Shown here piece after piece: positions 25,922 to 39,060 of a DNA stretch of 64,000 bases. Position 1 is the stretch's first letter, and each line of letters opens with the position of its first letter. The notes beneath the pieces are model-generated. The model did no database searches and was not told the origin of the DNA. It worked only from the letters and a program-made list of their open reading frames with translations. A program made the translations under genes and the position numbers. The stretch comes from Octopus bimaculoides (taxonomy: Eukaryota): NCBI RefSeq assembly GCF_001194135.2, contig NC_068983.1:68402997-68466996 (forward strand). The letters are read 5' to 3'.

Positions 25922-26223
25922 ATGCTTATTGAAATATTAACCAATTAATAATTAAAAAAGATTAGTTAAATTAAATAACAGTGCTTGACCCATACAAGCA
26001 TGGAAAAGTGGACACTAAGATGATGATGATGAAGATGGTAGTGGTGCTTTTTGTCTGGCCCAGGATTTGACCTGGGTCAGACAAAATGTTTTCCCTAAAG
26101 ATAGTTTTTGTTTGCAGCAAGGTTTTCATTCAAAATCTGTGTTTAAATGGTCTTCTGTCTAATAAGAAATATTATCACCAGTTTACTAATTATACTTGTG
26201 TCATTAGCATATTAAATGCTTAA

Positions 26224-26448
26224 ACCTTTCACATTTAAGCTGGTCATATCCAGCCAAAATATTCTACATGTTTTAGGTTCAAACTGACCAGATCCAGCCT
26301 CTCATGCACCTACTCTAAGATGTCATCCTAAGAATAAATAGTTGCATCACTGAAATCTTGAAGCTACAAGATAATGCCTGATTAATTCTAAACAATGTCA
26401 AAAAAATAAGCATTACATTTGACAGAATAATCTGAATATACTAAAGGG
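26224..26448. mobile_element. piggyBac-like MITE (TTAA target, CCCTTT ends); a truncated relative lies at 45381-45419
   Basis: Left ttaa|ACCTTTC, right CTAAAGGG|ttag. The right end is homologous to TTAACCCTTTAGCATTCAGATTACTTTGTCAAATGTAATGC at 45377. Confidence 0.5.
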
Positions 26449-26653
26449 TTAGTGTGTCATAAATTATATTTTACTGCGGACTAAGTTTTACAAAAAGAAG
26501 CTTGCATTTTTTTTTTTTTAATCAATGTGGTAACTGTTAAACTATAAAAGTGGATGATTCAGAAAAGAAATAATGTTTGAGGGTAAAAATTCAGAAATGA
26601 ACAGTTAAAATATGAAGAAAAACAGAAGCAGTATCAAATCCAGTGATTTAGAC

Positions 26654-26933
26654 CAGGGGTTTTCAAACTGTGGTCCGCAAGGACAAGACGGGGGGTCCGT
26701 GGACAGCAAATACTTTTTGTGGGGCAATTTGATTTTATATATGTTTTTTAATCGAAATCTTTTAATTGACAATAAACCTATTTGTTAAATACTGTTAAAT
26801 AAATAAATGTAAAAATATATGTTATTTTAAGCAAATATTTATGTATAAATTTCATAAGCATTTATAAGGGGGTCCCTAAGGTAACGCCTGAAATATAAAG
26901 GGGTCCGCAAGTCAAAAAGTTTGAAAACCCCTG
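26654..26933. mobile_element. hAT (Charlie-type) MITE, 280 bp
   Basis: Perfect 16-bp TIR CAGGGGTTTTCAAACT. Perfect 8-bp TSD ATTTAGAC at 26646-26653 and 26934-26941. Confidence 0.92.
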
Positions 26934-29900
26934 ATTTAGACTATTCAAGATTATATTATATGTAATAAAAGGATAATATGTGTCACAAATGATTGAAAAT
27001 TTGGCTAAAGAAATGCTGACAATCTCAACAGAAGCCATAGTAGCAGTAGTAGAGATGAAATATCAAGCAACCAAAATAGATGTAAACTCTTCTACCAAAA
27101 CAAGTGCAATGAGGAACATCACCGTATGTTCTTAGTGAACCATAAGACTTGCCAAACTTTATTTTTAACATCTTTACTTATTACACCCATACACATATAT
27201 AATTATCTCAATTAACGCCAGTTTTAAAGCAGAAGAAAGTTTTCATTTTACAAAAATATACTGTCTTTATAATTTAATTTCATATCATCTAAAAACTGGC
27301 TATGAGAAAGGAGACACGAAAGTATCTCTGATAAAATTATACTCGTAGTCTTTTTCTTCTTCTGAGTGAAGTAACTTAGAACTAGAAATAATAATAACCA
27401 ATAAATTTGAATGTTTTTCTTTTAGACACTGGAACAACAGTTAATGGTCATGACATTACACTGTATTGCTTCTTTTTCCTCAATGAAATCTGACAAGGGG
27501 ATCATACATTTCCCCCTTCTTTTATGGCCTAGTCCAAGGAGGAGGGAAATTCCCATTATCTTATTGCATTGCCTCCAAGTGTTGGGATGGTGGGGGAGGG
27601 GGCATAGGGAAATTAAACCACAATTCAAACTGGGAAATGCTTGCAACAGAGTGGACACTGCAGGAAGCAGTGGGAAAATGGTGCTAAATTAAGTAATGAA
27701 TTAAATTTACTAAATCCTTTAATGACTATATAATAATTAGTAAAAGAAAAATAAATCTTTGTTGATGAATTCATATCACTTAACCTCAGAAATAAGATTA
27801 AGTAGATGAAACTAAGATAATTTCCATTTACTAAATAAGACTACTTAATGTGACTTACAATGTTTGCCTAAACAAGCAAAGGAATTAGAATAACAGATTG
27901 ATCACACTTATTAATCCCATATAGTTGTATTTATACAGTATTCAATTAATATATTTTCTAATTCAACATCACCAGGTATCTTGCTTTTCATATGCAAAAT
28001 TCATTTTTTTAAGGAAACATTAAACTCACCTTTAATGCATCTCAAGTGTTTGGAAGTGACATTCACTATAGCTATATTAAATATAGGCTGTTTAGAATAA
28101 TTATTTAAGAAAAGCTATGTTCCATTCTTTTCACTTACAAAGTACAATTCCACAGAAGTCAAGTCTAGCTTGACAAGTAATGGTGCACCAAGATAAAGGC
28201 ATCCTTGTTATAACATTAATCATTATCATTCGAGCTAGTATACTTTCTTTCCTTTTAATATAAATTCTAGCTGTTCAGGCTTTTAAAATTTGATAATGCA
28301 ATCCTAGAAAGTGTAAAAAAACACAAAAAAAAAAACAAAAAAAAACATCTCTAACATCATCTCAGTTACTAGACATATGTAACTGCTTTGGTCAAGAATG
28401 TGCTAAAATATCTTTGTGTCTGTGTTTGTCCCCTACCACAGCTTGAAAACCAGTGTTGGTGTGTTTATGTCCTGATAACTTAGCAGTTTGGCAAAAAGAG
28501 ACCAACAGAATAAGTATTAGGCTTTAAAAAAATAGGTACTGGGGTCAATTCATTTCACTAAAAATTTTTCAAGGCAGTACCCCCAACGTGGCTGCAGTCT
28601 AATGACTGAAACAAGTAAAAGGTAAAAAATACTGACTTCTTTTAAAGGTACAAAGCTTCAAATTTAAGAAAAGGAATTGTACTTGACTTTTATATATTTT
28701 ACAGATCTTGAAAAGATGCAAGGCAAAGTCAACTTTACTGGGAACTGATTTTAGAATGTAGGGCTGTAACTAAATACAGCAAACTATTTTGCCCAATGCT
28801 CTAATGATTCCGTCTAGGTATTTACTGATAGTTATTTTGTCAACTTAGGTACTGAAATGGATACTGCTAAAGTATCTACATTAATGTTCTATTTCAATCA
28901 TCTCCACCACTCACAGATCATTAAGAGTGATAAGGAAAGAAAAAATACATATGCTGCATGGTCCTAGAGAAATGACTACCTGACGTGATAGTATACAAAC
29001 TTTATAGATTTTGTTTCTGAATCATTCAGGATGTTTTATAACAGAACTAATAATTTAATCAGGGATCATAAAATTACTTTACTACTTCATTATGATGTTG
29101 CTATCATTTTCTTATCTCAATACTTAGGGTTAGTGTAAACTGGAGAATTAAAACTGATGATGATGATTCATTTCTCCAAGTCCAAATCTCTTAATGATGA
29201 CATTACCTTTGATTCTTCTTATGTAAAAATAAGTAGCAATGTAATTTTAGGTTCAAGTTAGTTGTCTTAGTCAAGGAGTGAAGGACTACAGAAGTAATCT
29301 GAAGCATTTTTCAGGAGTATCAAAAAAGGAAGGGGTTGAATGAATTTAATGAAGCTACTATTATAATCAGTTGACATTGTTTTTCAATACTTCCAGGGTT
29401 AATAAAATAAGAACTTGGGACACAATGCCAGTAACGCCTCTAAGAAAAGCATGAATGTCACACAGTCTCATTCACCTCAGCTATAAAACTTATTGATGAG
29501 TAATCTAATAAATATTTTGAGCAGCAAAGGTGTTCCAAGCTGGCACAATTTTTGAAGGATTGTCTGTCTCTGAACGAGTGGCCTTGGGAATGATACAGTA
29601 GAGGCAGTAGAATGCAGAAAAAAGCATAGGAAGCAATCAGAAATGGAGTTGGAATATTGCCATCAAGTCTGCAAGAGCAGAAATTTAAGTTACAAAAGAA
29701 CACCGAGTTGTATTGGTAAGTTGATATATCATTTCTTAAGTAAGTGTTTTAACTAGAACAAAATGAAATTTTATCATGTATTTAGAAATTAGATTAAAAA
29801 AACACTGATCCTAAAAGTAGTTATTCCTCTACCCCCACTTCTTTCTTTACCAAATAATCATTATTGGTATCTATCAGTTATTTAACTGATTTAGTTTTCA

Positions 29901-29998
29901 ATTGATTTCCTTATGTTTCTTTCTAAGAATATTAGTTGAAGGCCAATTTTATGAAAAGGAAGGTGAACAGCCAACTGATTTGACTTCAGTACACTACT

Positions 29999-31225
29999 TA
30001 CAAGGGTGGGCTGTAAAGTTCATTGGCTGGTTATGAAGGAGTGATGCTAGAGCTGTGAAATCATACATGCATTGATTTCAACTCTTCTTATTAATAACTG
30101 CATTGTTTCTTTCCAGGTAAACTGACAGCTGATGGTTCAAAGAAGGCTTGAAAGAAAACTAGTAGCAATTTCCATTGAAAATGGACAAAATTTCACATCG
30201 TAGTTTTATCAAGTACCTGCAGAAAAAGGGTTTAGCCCCAGTGACATTCATGCAGATATGCTTGCTATGTTAGGGTATGACACTCCAATTTTATCAATAG
30301 TGCAAAAGTGGGCAGCTGAATTTAGGAGGGGAAGGAAGAGTCATGAAGATGACCCAAGATATGGATGTACTGACTGTGCTCACCACATGATGATGGATGA
30401 TAGGCAACTAATTATAAATCAAATAGCCAACGCTATTAGCATATCCTATGAGAGAGTTGAGAACATTCTGCACAATGAATGGGGCATGAAGGTTTCTGCT
30501 TGGTGACACCTGATCAAAAGCATACCAGGCTGATCACATCACAGGAAAATCTGGTATTGATTGAGGCAGATCCAACTGGTTTCTTTGAACATTTCCTAAC
30601 CCAAGATGAGTGTTGGCTTCATAACTTTGAGCCAGAAACAGAGATGATCTATGCAATGGAAACACCCCTCTTCACCAGCACCAAAGAAGGCCATGGTTGT
30701 TTTACCAGCAGGGATGGTGATGACCTGTTTTTTGGGATGCAAAAGGCATTGTGTTTATTGACTATCTTCAAAAGGGACACACCATCAATGGAGAGTACTA
30801 TGTAACTTGCTGAAGCAGTTACAAAAGGCTATCAAGACCAAACAACCAGGAAAATTGACCGAAAGGGGTCTTGTTTCATCAGGACAATGCTCCAGAATCC
30901 TTGGTTTCAATGGCTGCTGTGTGTGACTGTGGCTTTGAACTGGTTGATCACCCTCCCTATTCTCCTGATTTGGCTATCATCTGTTCCCCAACATGTAAAA
31001 ATACTTGGTTGGGAACTATTATTGCAGTGACGATGACATCATAACTGCTACTGATGACTGTTTTGACTAACATGATGAAAGCTTCTTCAGCAATGGGATC
31101 TAAGCACTGCGATACCAACGGAAGAAATGCGTGGACCAAATTCTATGTTGAAAAATAAACCACATTTGCTCACAGTCCATGAAAATATCTTGGCCAGCCT
31201 ATGAACTTTTCAGCTGATCCTCATA
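29999..31225 (+). mobile_element. Near full-length decayed mariner (DD34D) transposon
   Basis: TA-bounded TIRs of about 30 bp (TACAAGGGTGGGCTGTAAAGTTCATTGGCTGG vs TATGAGGATCAGCTGAAAAGTTCATAGGCTGG). ATG at 30181. Frameshifted transposase with VQKWAAEFRRGRKSHEDDPR, TQDECWLHNFEPET, HQDNAP and HPPYSPDLA motifs. Confidence 0.93.
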
Positions 31226-31724
31226 GCATGAAATAGACTAAAATGAGTCAGCAAAAAGAAAAACAACTAAGTTATTTTTAAAAGCAATACAATGTAAATA
31301 TAAAATACCAGCAGTCTGAATTGAAAGAGAAAGAAACTATAAACATGACATAATTGACTATTGTAAAGAAAATTAGAAGATCTTAACTTTTAAAACCCAC
31401 AAAATGAGCTCTATTGTAAAACCAATTTAAAATAAAAGAGAAGAAATTGATCAATTACTAAACTGAGTATTCTATGTATGCTAAATTGCTTGTAATAGAA
31501 CTTCAAACTTTAGGTCAAAAGCAATAAATAAATAAACAGAAAGTAATATATACGACATTAAAAAAATCTTTATCATGTCAGCATGGAAGGCAATGATGAT
31601 GATGAAACTATTTGTGCCTTTTCTCATATCTAAAACAAAACAATACAAATAGTTAACTGCAAACATTGGATATATAAAAAAAACTACTGAAGTAAAATCA
31701 TAAAATTGATATTTTTTAACAATA

Positions 31725-31920
31725 CAGTAATCCCTCAACTATTGCTGGTGTTACATTTCCACAGAAATAATTAAAATCTGAAAAAATAGATATACCTAAT
31801 GGCTGCAGAAACCCGGATATACTGAGGAGTATGCAAAATGAATTTACATATATTAGCCACAAAAATCCACGATGTACTGAGTGCGCGATAGGTGAACCAC
31901 AACATGGCGAGAGATTACTG
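31725..31920. mobile_element. pogo/Tigger-type MITE, 196 bp
   Basis: TA flanks; TIRs CAGTAATCCCTC and CAGTAATCTCTC (11/12). Confidence 0.75.
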
Positions 31921-32362
31921 TATATGAATTTTATCTAATATGGTTAGTTTCAGGCATATCTAACCTTTAAAGAAATGAACCAATGAGTGGTACTTCATGC
32001 AGTCAGTAGACATGCAAAATACCAAACTTCCCTCAAATCAAATCCTACCATCTTGTAGTAGAAGTACTCACTGGGTATGGTGCCAAGTGTACTATGCCTA
32101 GGAAAAAGATGAGCTGGTCATAGCTGGATTACTTTTGATGAATTCTAGGTCCTGTGATGGTCAAGATAGACCATGTACTTGCAAATATATGTACAGGTCT
32201 CAGCAAAGTTTTCTGTGGAAGACTGGCAGTTGCCTTTACATGCAAATCTCCTTTCTCCATGACACTAATGTTGTCCAAAGGAAATGTTGAGCCTTAGGGT
32301 TCATGCAACAGGGTACCAGTGTCTTCGCAGTCATTGCTGTCAGAACACAAATGACTGGATGT

Positions 32363-32575
32363 GGAGGCACATGGCTTAGTGGTTAGGGGTGTTGGACTCA
32401 TGATCGTAAGATTGTAATTTCGATTCATGGATCACGTTACTCAAATCCACTCAGCTGGCAAAAATGAGTAATCCTGCAATCGACCGGTGTCCCATCCAGG
32501 TGGGGAATTTATATGCCATGGAAACCGGCCCTTATGAGTCAGCATGACTTGAGAAGGAAACTTTACCTTTTTTTT
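32363..32575 (+). mobile_element. tRNA-derived SINE (third family)
   Basis: A-box TGGCTTAGTGG, degenerate B-box TTTCGATTC and a 3' end AACTTTACCTTTTT. Confidence 0.65.
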
Positions 32576-35500
32576 TACAAATGACTGGAAGTTACCATAA
32601 TTCAACATTCTAACAGTTCTACTCCAGTCACGTACTTTTCTTTTTATCAGCTCCAAAAATAGGAAGTAAATCAGACTATTGGCAAGATTTGAACTCAGTA
32701 CAGTGCGTTGGAACAAATATTGTGAAGCATTCTATCTTACACTCATGACTTCAGTAACTTACTTTTGATGATAAGTCTTTTCAATCAGTTCTACTTGAAC
32801 TAAACACTAATAACAACCCTTAAAGAAATTTTGATTTTTAATTGTATAACAGACATTTTTAATGAGTATGCAAAGAAAAAGTTTTCCTGCTATTTAAAAA
32901 ATAATTTTCTCTCAAATTTTATCTTAGGAGATTTGCAAGTGATATTGTTTATTTTGGTCCAGAAGGGATTCATTACTGGTTTCCATAGAATTTTCAAAGT
33001 TATTTAGAATGTTAATAAAAACAAAAGTAAAATACATTCTAATGCTTCCCACAAAATAAATATTTCTGGTGTTTACTATGAGAGTAAACTTCCCTGATGG
33101 TTAAATTACTAAATGAAAATTATAACTAGGAAACAGAAATTCAGTTAGACTGATGATGTTTAACTAAATAGCATTTGCTATACTGTTACAAAATTTGTTT
33201 CAGTATTTCTCTCTTTTTGCATGTCTATTTCTCCCTCTCCCTCTCTCTCTCTCTCACACACACACACACATTTCCATCTGTCGAGGCTACATGCAGATTT
33301 TTTTTATCAGTTCTGCAGGTCACATACTCACTAATCGTCACAATTATGTGTTAGATAGTAGTAGTAGTAGTAATAGTAGTAGTAGTTACAGGATGGAAAC
33401 TCAGTAAAGTTTTAACATTTGAAAATGACAGAGAAAACAATGACAAGGGCATACACTACAGCTGTAAAAAGATAGGCAAGTAGACTTAGAACAGAATTCC
33501 TAATTTCAATCTAAGGACATTGCAACTTTGGAAGTGGTATATGGAAAGTAGTTGAGCATCAAAGACGTTGGCAGATGTATACAAGAGTAACACCTACACA
33601 TGATAAATGCCATTAGAAAGATATTGCAAGGTATATGTGATTGATTTAAAAGAGCCAAATAAGAACTGATATAGTCAAAACCTCTGAAACTGCTGAGCCT
33701 TAATTGATCAGATGTAAATGCCTCCTAAGTTATGAGGGAGCTTTTAAGGACCAGTACTTAGCTCTAGTTCTGTGAATCATGAGGGAGTACTCCTCTGCAG
33801 AATATTATTAGTGTATGCAACAGGTAACATTCCCAAGTGATTTGGTACTTATTCTTAATAGTTGTATAAACTAAGACAATGGAGGATAAGGTGTTTTATC
33901 CACAAGTGCAACCAAATGCAGAACAATATAAATTCATTTGTTTGACACTAGTATGGGGAATTGGATATTATGACCATGGATGGTTATGATGTAGATGAAG
34001 TAAAAAGCAAAAAAGTAAAAGTAAATAAATAAAAATCCAAGCCATAGGCTTGAGGATAATTTCATAACTAAATTCTGTAGGTAATTGGGACAGTTTTAAA
34101 ACATAAGCAGTATTAGAATAAAAATGATATTCAAAATGGTAGCGTGAAGAGAAAATTTGGGTGTTACCTTTTCTAGTCATAACAAATGAATCACAGTAAA
34201 TATATAAGTTGCCTTATCGCATGGAAGTATTGTGGAAAGAGGGGAAGAGTAGTTGAAGACACAACCAATGCTGAAGATAGGACATTGAAAGACTTTTTAT
34301 TATCATTTACATTTTCTGCTTCTCTGAACTACAACCAACATCTGTTCCTTTGAACATGCCAACTTTATCCTGCTCCTAGTATTTTTTTCCTCTCATTACC
34401 CCTACCTTGCACTACATCTTAGATTGAATTTTAAACAAATTTACCCAACCTGTCTTCTTCAGGATTGCATTCATATTTATCCACATCCACAAGTCTTAAG
34501 TGGGTTAAAGAGAGCTACTGACTTTGCTTTACCTTCTCAAACTACTCAGAATAAAAAGATATCTCTCTTGGCACTATAACATTTAGAAAAACACGAAAAA
34601 AAGTCAGAATTGCCTGAAAAACTATGTGGAATTGTTTCTTTTAAATATCATCTATATTTTGTATCAAAAGCAATTTCTTCCCAATCCATTTCTCACTGTC
34701 CTTTCTCCATATTACATTGTATATAAATATCACCTGTCCCATGAACATAGCTAAAACTAAATTATTTGTCTATTTCTCTAGATTAGAACTAATCCAGTAT
34801 TGTAGGTTTATTCCACTTCCAACATAATGATTAAAAATAGTAAGTTTTCAGCCTAAATTCTGCAGTTATGATATCACCTAATGAGTAATCTTTTGTTTTA
34901 CGAACAAGAAAGTTGGAAATACAACTTTAAAATAAATTTTGAAACTAAAAGTTTATTTTGGAAAACACACACACAGATATAAAAAAACCCCCAAAAAAAT
35001 GCATATGACCAGGTAGGGTTTGAGGTCAATAAAATGAATCTGAAATGTACCTAATCAGAATAATTTAAGCATGAATGAAATCTGAAAGTAAATAAATATA
35101 CTGGATACTAATATCTAATTTATATTTTTTTGTTTTAAAGTTCAAGTGATATGAAATTACGACACGGGATAACACTCTCAAATGCAATTTATAAATTGTG
35201 CTGTTTATGAGAATGATGCCAACAACCAATTTCAAAGAAAAAGATTCTTCCAGTTCCACATTATTACCCACTGTTAGTCAAGTATTGTTGAACATATTTT
35301 ACTTGTATTTTATTATACCAACACAGAAATTTCACTTGCTGGTTTATGAAGCAAAAGATTACCTTGTAATGATTTCTGTAGATTAAGTAAACATGCAGTA
35401 AAACTTTCATTTACAGTCTTTCAGACTAAAACCTCTTACTCTCTATATCTGACCAATCTCTGCTGTCCATACACTGTTTTCAAACTTCTTTTCTGAAAGG

Positions 35501-37226
35501 TACTATTTGCATTTATATAGAATCCAGTCTCTCTATTACTGATAATAGCTACACAGATTTAAGGAATTTCTTTGCACTCAAACTTCTGTACTCATGAATA
35601 ACCCTATTACTACAAATTCTGGGCCTCACAATTTCTGATGATATAATTAGAAAGATTTCACAAATACAATATTGTCAAAATTGCACTCCAAAGACTAGGC
35701 TGCTTCTTTGTGGCCAAAAAATATTTCAGCTCTGATAAATTACTGGATACTCTACAAAGCTCATGGTGAGATATTGCTCACATATATGGAAAGGTACAGC
35801 TGCTGCCACACCCACACCCACACCCACACATCATATCTCAAAAGAATTACCACTGAGCTGTTTAGCAGAAACGTACTCAACAACAAACTATGATTGACAG
35901 ATGTGATGTTTCATCTACTACAATAGCAACAGTCTCTGTTAGCCTGATCAAACAAGCTACATACCACTTCTGCATTAGCTAATTTATTGCACTGCCAAAC
36001 TCTGCACTAAACATTTCCCTGACCTTTCCTTATCAGAGCTGCAGCTCTTTGAAATTTTTTAGTCTATGTTCTACCTATAATGTGTCAACCTACAAAAGCT
36101 TAAATTGAACATCAGGAATATTTACCATAGCATATTCGGAAGACCAACAAGATATAAATATTGCTCTTCATCCTGCTAATTAGCAATAACAAGTTGGAGT
36201 TATTTCATTTTCACATTGCTAATACTTTTAGGAAAATCATAATTATTAAGGTAATAAAGATTCACACAGACCAAAATGAAGGAGTTAAGTATGATATATT
36301 GGATGTGTATAACAAGAACAAGAGAAAGATGCAAAAAATCAATACAATTAGTACAATATACCTGATATTAAATTGATAATGATGAATGGATAAAGATATA
36401 AATAATACTACTGTGAGGGCCAAGTGCAAAAATAAAAGTGCTGTAAACTAGTAGTTGTTGGTAAATCATAGCAGGAATGGGTAATTATCCACAAAGACTT
36501 AGAATGAAGTGGTTAGATCATAGAGAGTTGAGCTTGAGAATTTGAGGATTTTATGAAATGAAAATGTTTTAAACACATGCACAGACTCACAGAACCATTA
36601 CCAACATCTGAGTGATTTGTATTTGTAAATAGATAAATATTTTCTTAAATACTGATTAAGAGTTGTTTTTCTATGCACACAAACACACATATACACCACC
36701 ACCACTACCATCATCATCAAGCAATAGTGACAGAAATAAAAACGACTAATGCACTGTTAAGTTGTAAAAAATAAAAAACACTAAAAAAGTAAAGAGGACA
36801 GACCCTGAAAGTACAGACAAAAAAATAAAATCAAGTACCAACCAGTAAAACCAGTATGTAATGAAATAAAAATGCCAGAAATAACAGGTAGCTAAAATAC
36901 AAACTTGTGTTGGTAGACCATAGCAGGAATAGGGAAGTATCCTGAAAGATCTAGAGTTAAGTGGTCAGACCTCAGAATATAAAGGGATGTAACCAAATAT
37001 CACAACGTATTTTGTTCAATGCTTTACCAATTGACATTCATTACCACAAAATACACACACGCACATACACATTGAACTTCTGCTTCCTATGTTCCATCCC
37101 AAAATGCTGGTTTGCCCATGGCTATAGTAGGAGACACTGGCCAAAAGTGTTATGCAGTGGAACTGAACAAAAAACCACATGGCTTCAGAGTAGACTCCTT
37201 AACCACAACAGCTAAGTCAGCACTCA

Positions 37227-37256
37227 GTGTGTGTGTGTGTGTGTGTGTATGTAGTA

Positions 37257-37300
<44 letters not shown>

Positions 37301-37311
37301 TGTGTGTGTGT
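37227..37311. repeat. Compound (GT)n/(GA)n microsatellite
   Basis: Read directly. Many other CA/TG, TA, GA, CAT and AAT microsatellites occur (e.g. 15607, 24665, 40830, 57228, 59065, 62330). Confidence 0.9.
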
Positions 37312-37599
37312 ATCATAGGTGCAGGCTTGGCTGAGCAGTCCAGAAGTTCATTTCATATCCATGTGATGTTGAGAGACATTTGATAAACTCTACAGAAGTC
37401 AATTGTGTGTATATATGTATTTCTGCCTGACTTTGTGTTGATGTCATTTACCCAGTGTCCAAATTTTTGTTCTGCAGCTCGGCATTTCAATGAACATGCT
37501 TGTCCCATTTCTAGATAAGTTCCACACATCCTCCACATTCAATGCATATGTTTAGCTACCGTGTCATATCACACAAAATAAGAACATAATATAAATTGA

Positions 37600-37790
37600 T
37601 TATTATATGAGGACAAGGAAAGCAACTGGACCATCAGGGATAGTCACTGAAAATATCCAAAGCTGGGCATATACTTGGCGTTTAGTCAATCAGATAGCAT
37701 ATTTAATGACTGGTATAGAAGTAATATCATCAAGAACTACACAATCAAAAGAGTGCTCTGGTAAGAAGCAACTTGTTTCCTCAGAGTGTG
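37600..37790 (+). mobile_element. RTE LINE fragment (region before the RT core)
   Basis: MRTRKATGPSGIVTEN resembles MK.GKAPGPSGI..EM. Confidence 0.6.
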
Positions 37791-37831
37791 GGACAGGTGC
37801 CAATGGTTTTTGTAAACCACCTTATGCACTT

Positions 37832-39060
37832 CTGTACCTATAGCGTATGGCCATTTTGAACACCCAGGCATACATGGTATTGAATATGCCAGAGAAGACT
37901 ATTGACCTCCATTGTTGATGCTGCCAATGGTGGTGCTGTATAGCCCACTGTAGTCGTTGTCATGTGTTCTGGTAGTGGGTGGATCCAACACATTGAGATT
38001 GTAAGGCATGACATGTTCAATACTGCGTATGCCCTCCCTGGGTGTTCAAAACAGCCATACACTATCAGTACAGGAGTGCAGAGTGGTTCAAAAAAGCCAT
38101 TGCCAACAGTGCCCACACCCTGAGAAAAGCTGCCTCCAGTACCATACAAGTTGTCAGCCTTGGGACCACCTGGTTCAGCCATCTCTGGATTTCATTCCAT
38201 AGATGTTCAATTGGGTTCAAATCTGGGCTAAGAGCTGGCCACGGCATGGTTCTGATGTTATGCTGACGTAGGAAGTCTATGGTGACCCTGGCTGTGTGGG
38301 AGGGAGCATTGTCCTACTGGAATACATGGCTACGGTGACACGTGAAGAAGGGCACGATGTGAGGTCTTAGGATCTGGTCAATGTAGCGCTGCACTGTGAT
38401 GCCATTCCCTCTGCTTGCACCAACATTTTGGAACACATGGAGCCCAATTCTCTGATTCAGGCCTATAACACCCCAAATCATGATGCTTTGGCCATCCTAC
38501 GCATCTCTCTCCACGACACATGCGTCTCTGTAGCATTCACCCCTCATACGCCACACCCTCACTTTGCCATCTGAGGTGGAAACACAGTACCGACACTCGT
38601 CAGAGAAGACTATTGACCTCCAATGTTGATGCTGCCAATGGCGATGCTGTGGAGCCCATTGTAGTCATGCCTGGCAGTGGTGGGCGGTGAGGACAGGCCC
38701 TCAAGCAGGATAACAGCAACGCAGGTTGCCGACAGCCAGTCAACGTTGTACCATGTCACTGATGGGTCGGTGTCCAGTGCCAATGGTCTCATGAGCTGTC
38801 ATACTGGCCAGTCTGAAGCAATCAAAGAGGTGTTGCAGGTAGATGAAGCAATCCTACCCGGGCATGGTTACCCGGAGGCGCCCTCTGCTGGCACGGTCTG
38901 CAGTGATGTTGGTGTTGTTGTATAGCTGATGCAGGCGACAGATGGTGCTGACACGGACATTCTAAGCTTACGCAACAACCAGGACACGCTGCCCTACTTG
39001 CAATCAGCCGATAGCTTGTTCTCTCGGTGCAGCTGACAATCAGGTCGTACCTGATGCATC
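37832..39060 (-). mobile_element. Decayed Tc1-family (DD34E) transposon with a rearranged 3' end
   Basis: Interrupted transposase: REQAIG...VRVSTICRL, IMIWGVIG, FQ*DNAPSHTARVT, WPALSPDLNPIEHLWNEI and C-terminal GGHTQY*. TIRs not resolved. Confidence 0.9.

Noticed and set aside
30258-31139. Functional or domesticated transposase (SETMAR-like)
   Set aside because: Multiple frameshifts, deletions and stops, and no SET domain.
35350-35385. 13-nt microexon look-alike (ctacag|AAATCATTACAAG|gtaatc) and other isolated donors (14459, 25146, 34167)
   Set aside because: They are not frame-preserving or lack a matching acceptor, and such sites are expected by chance at this AT content.
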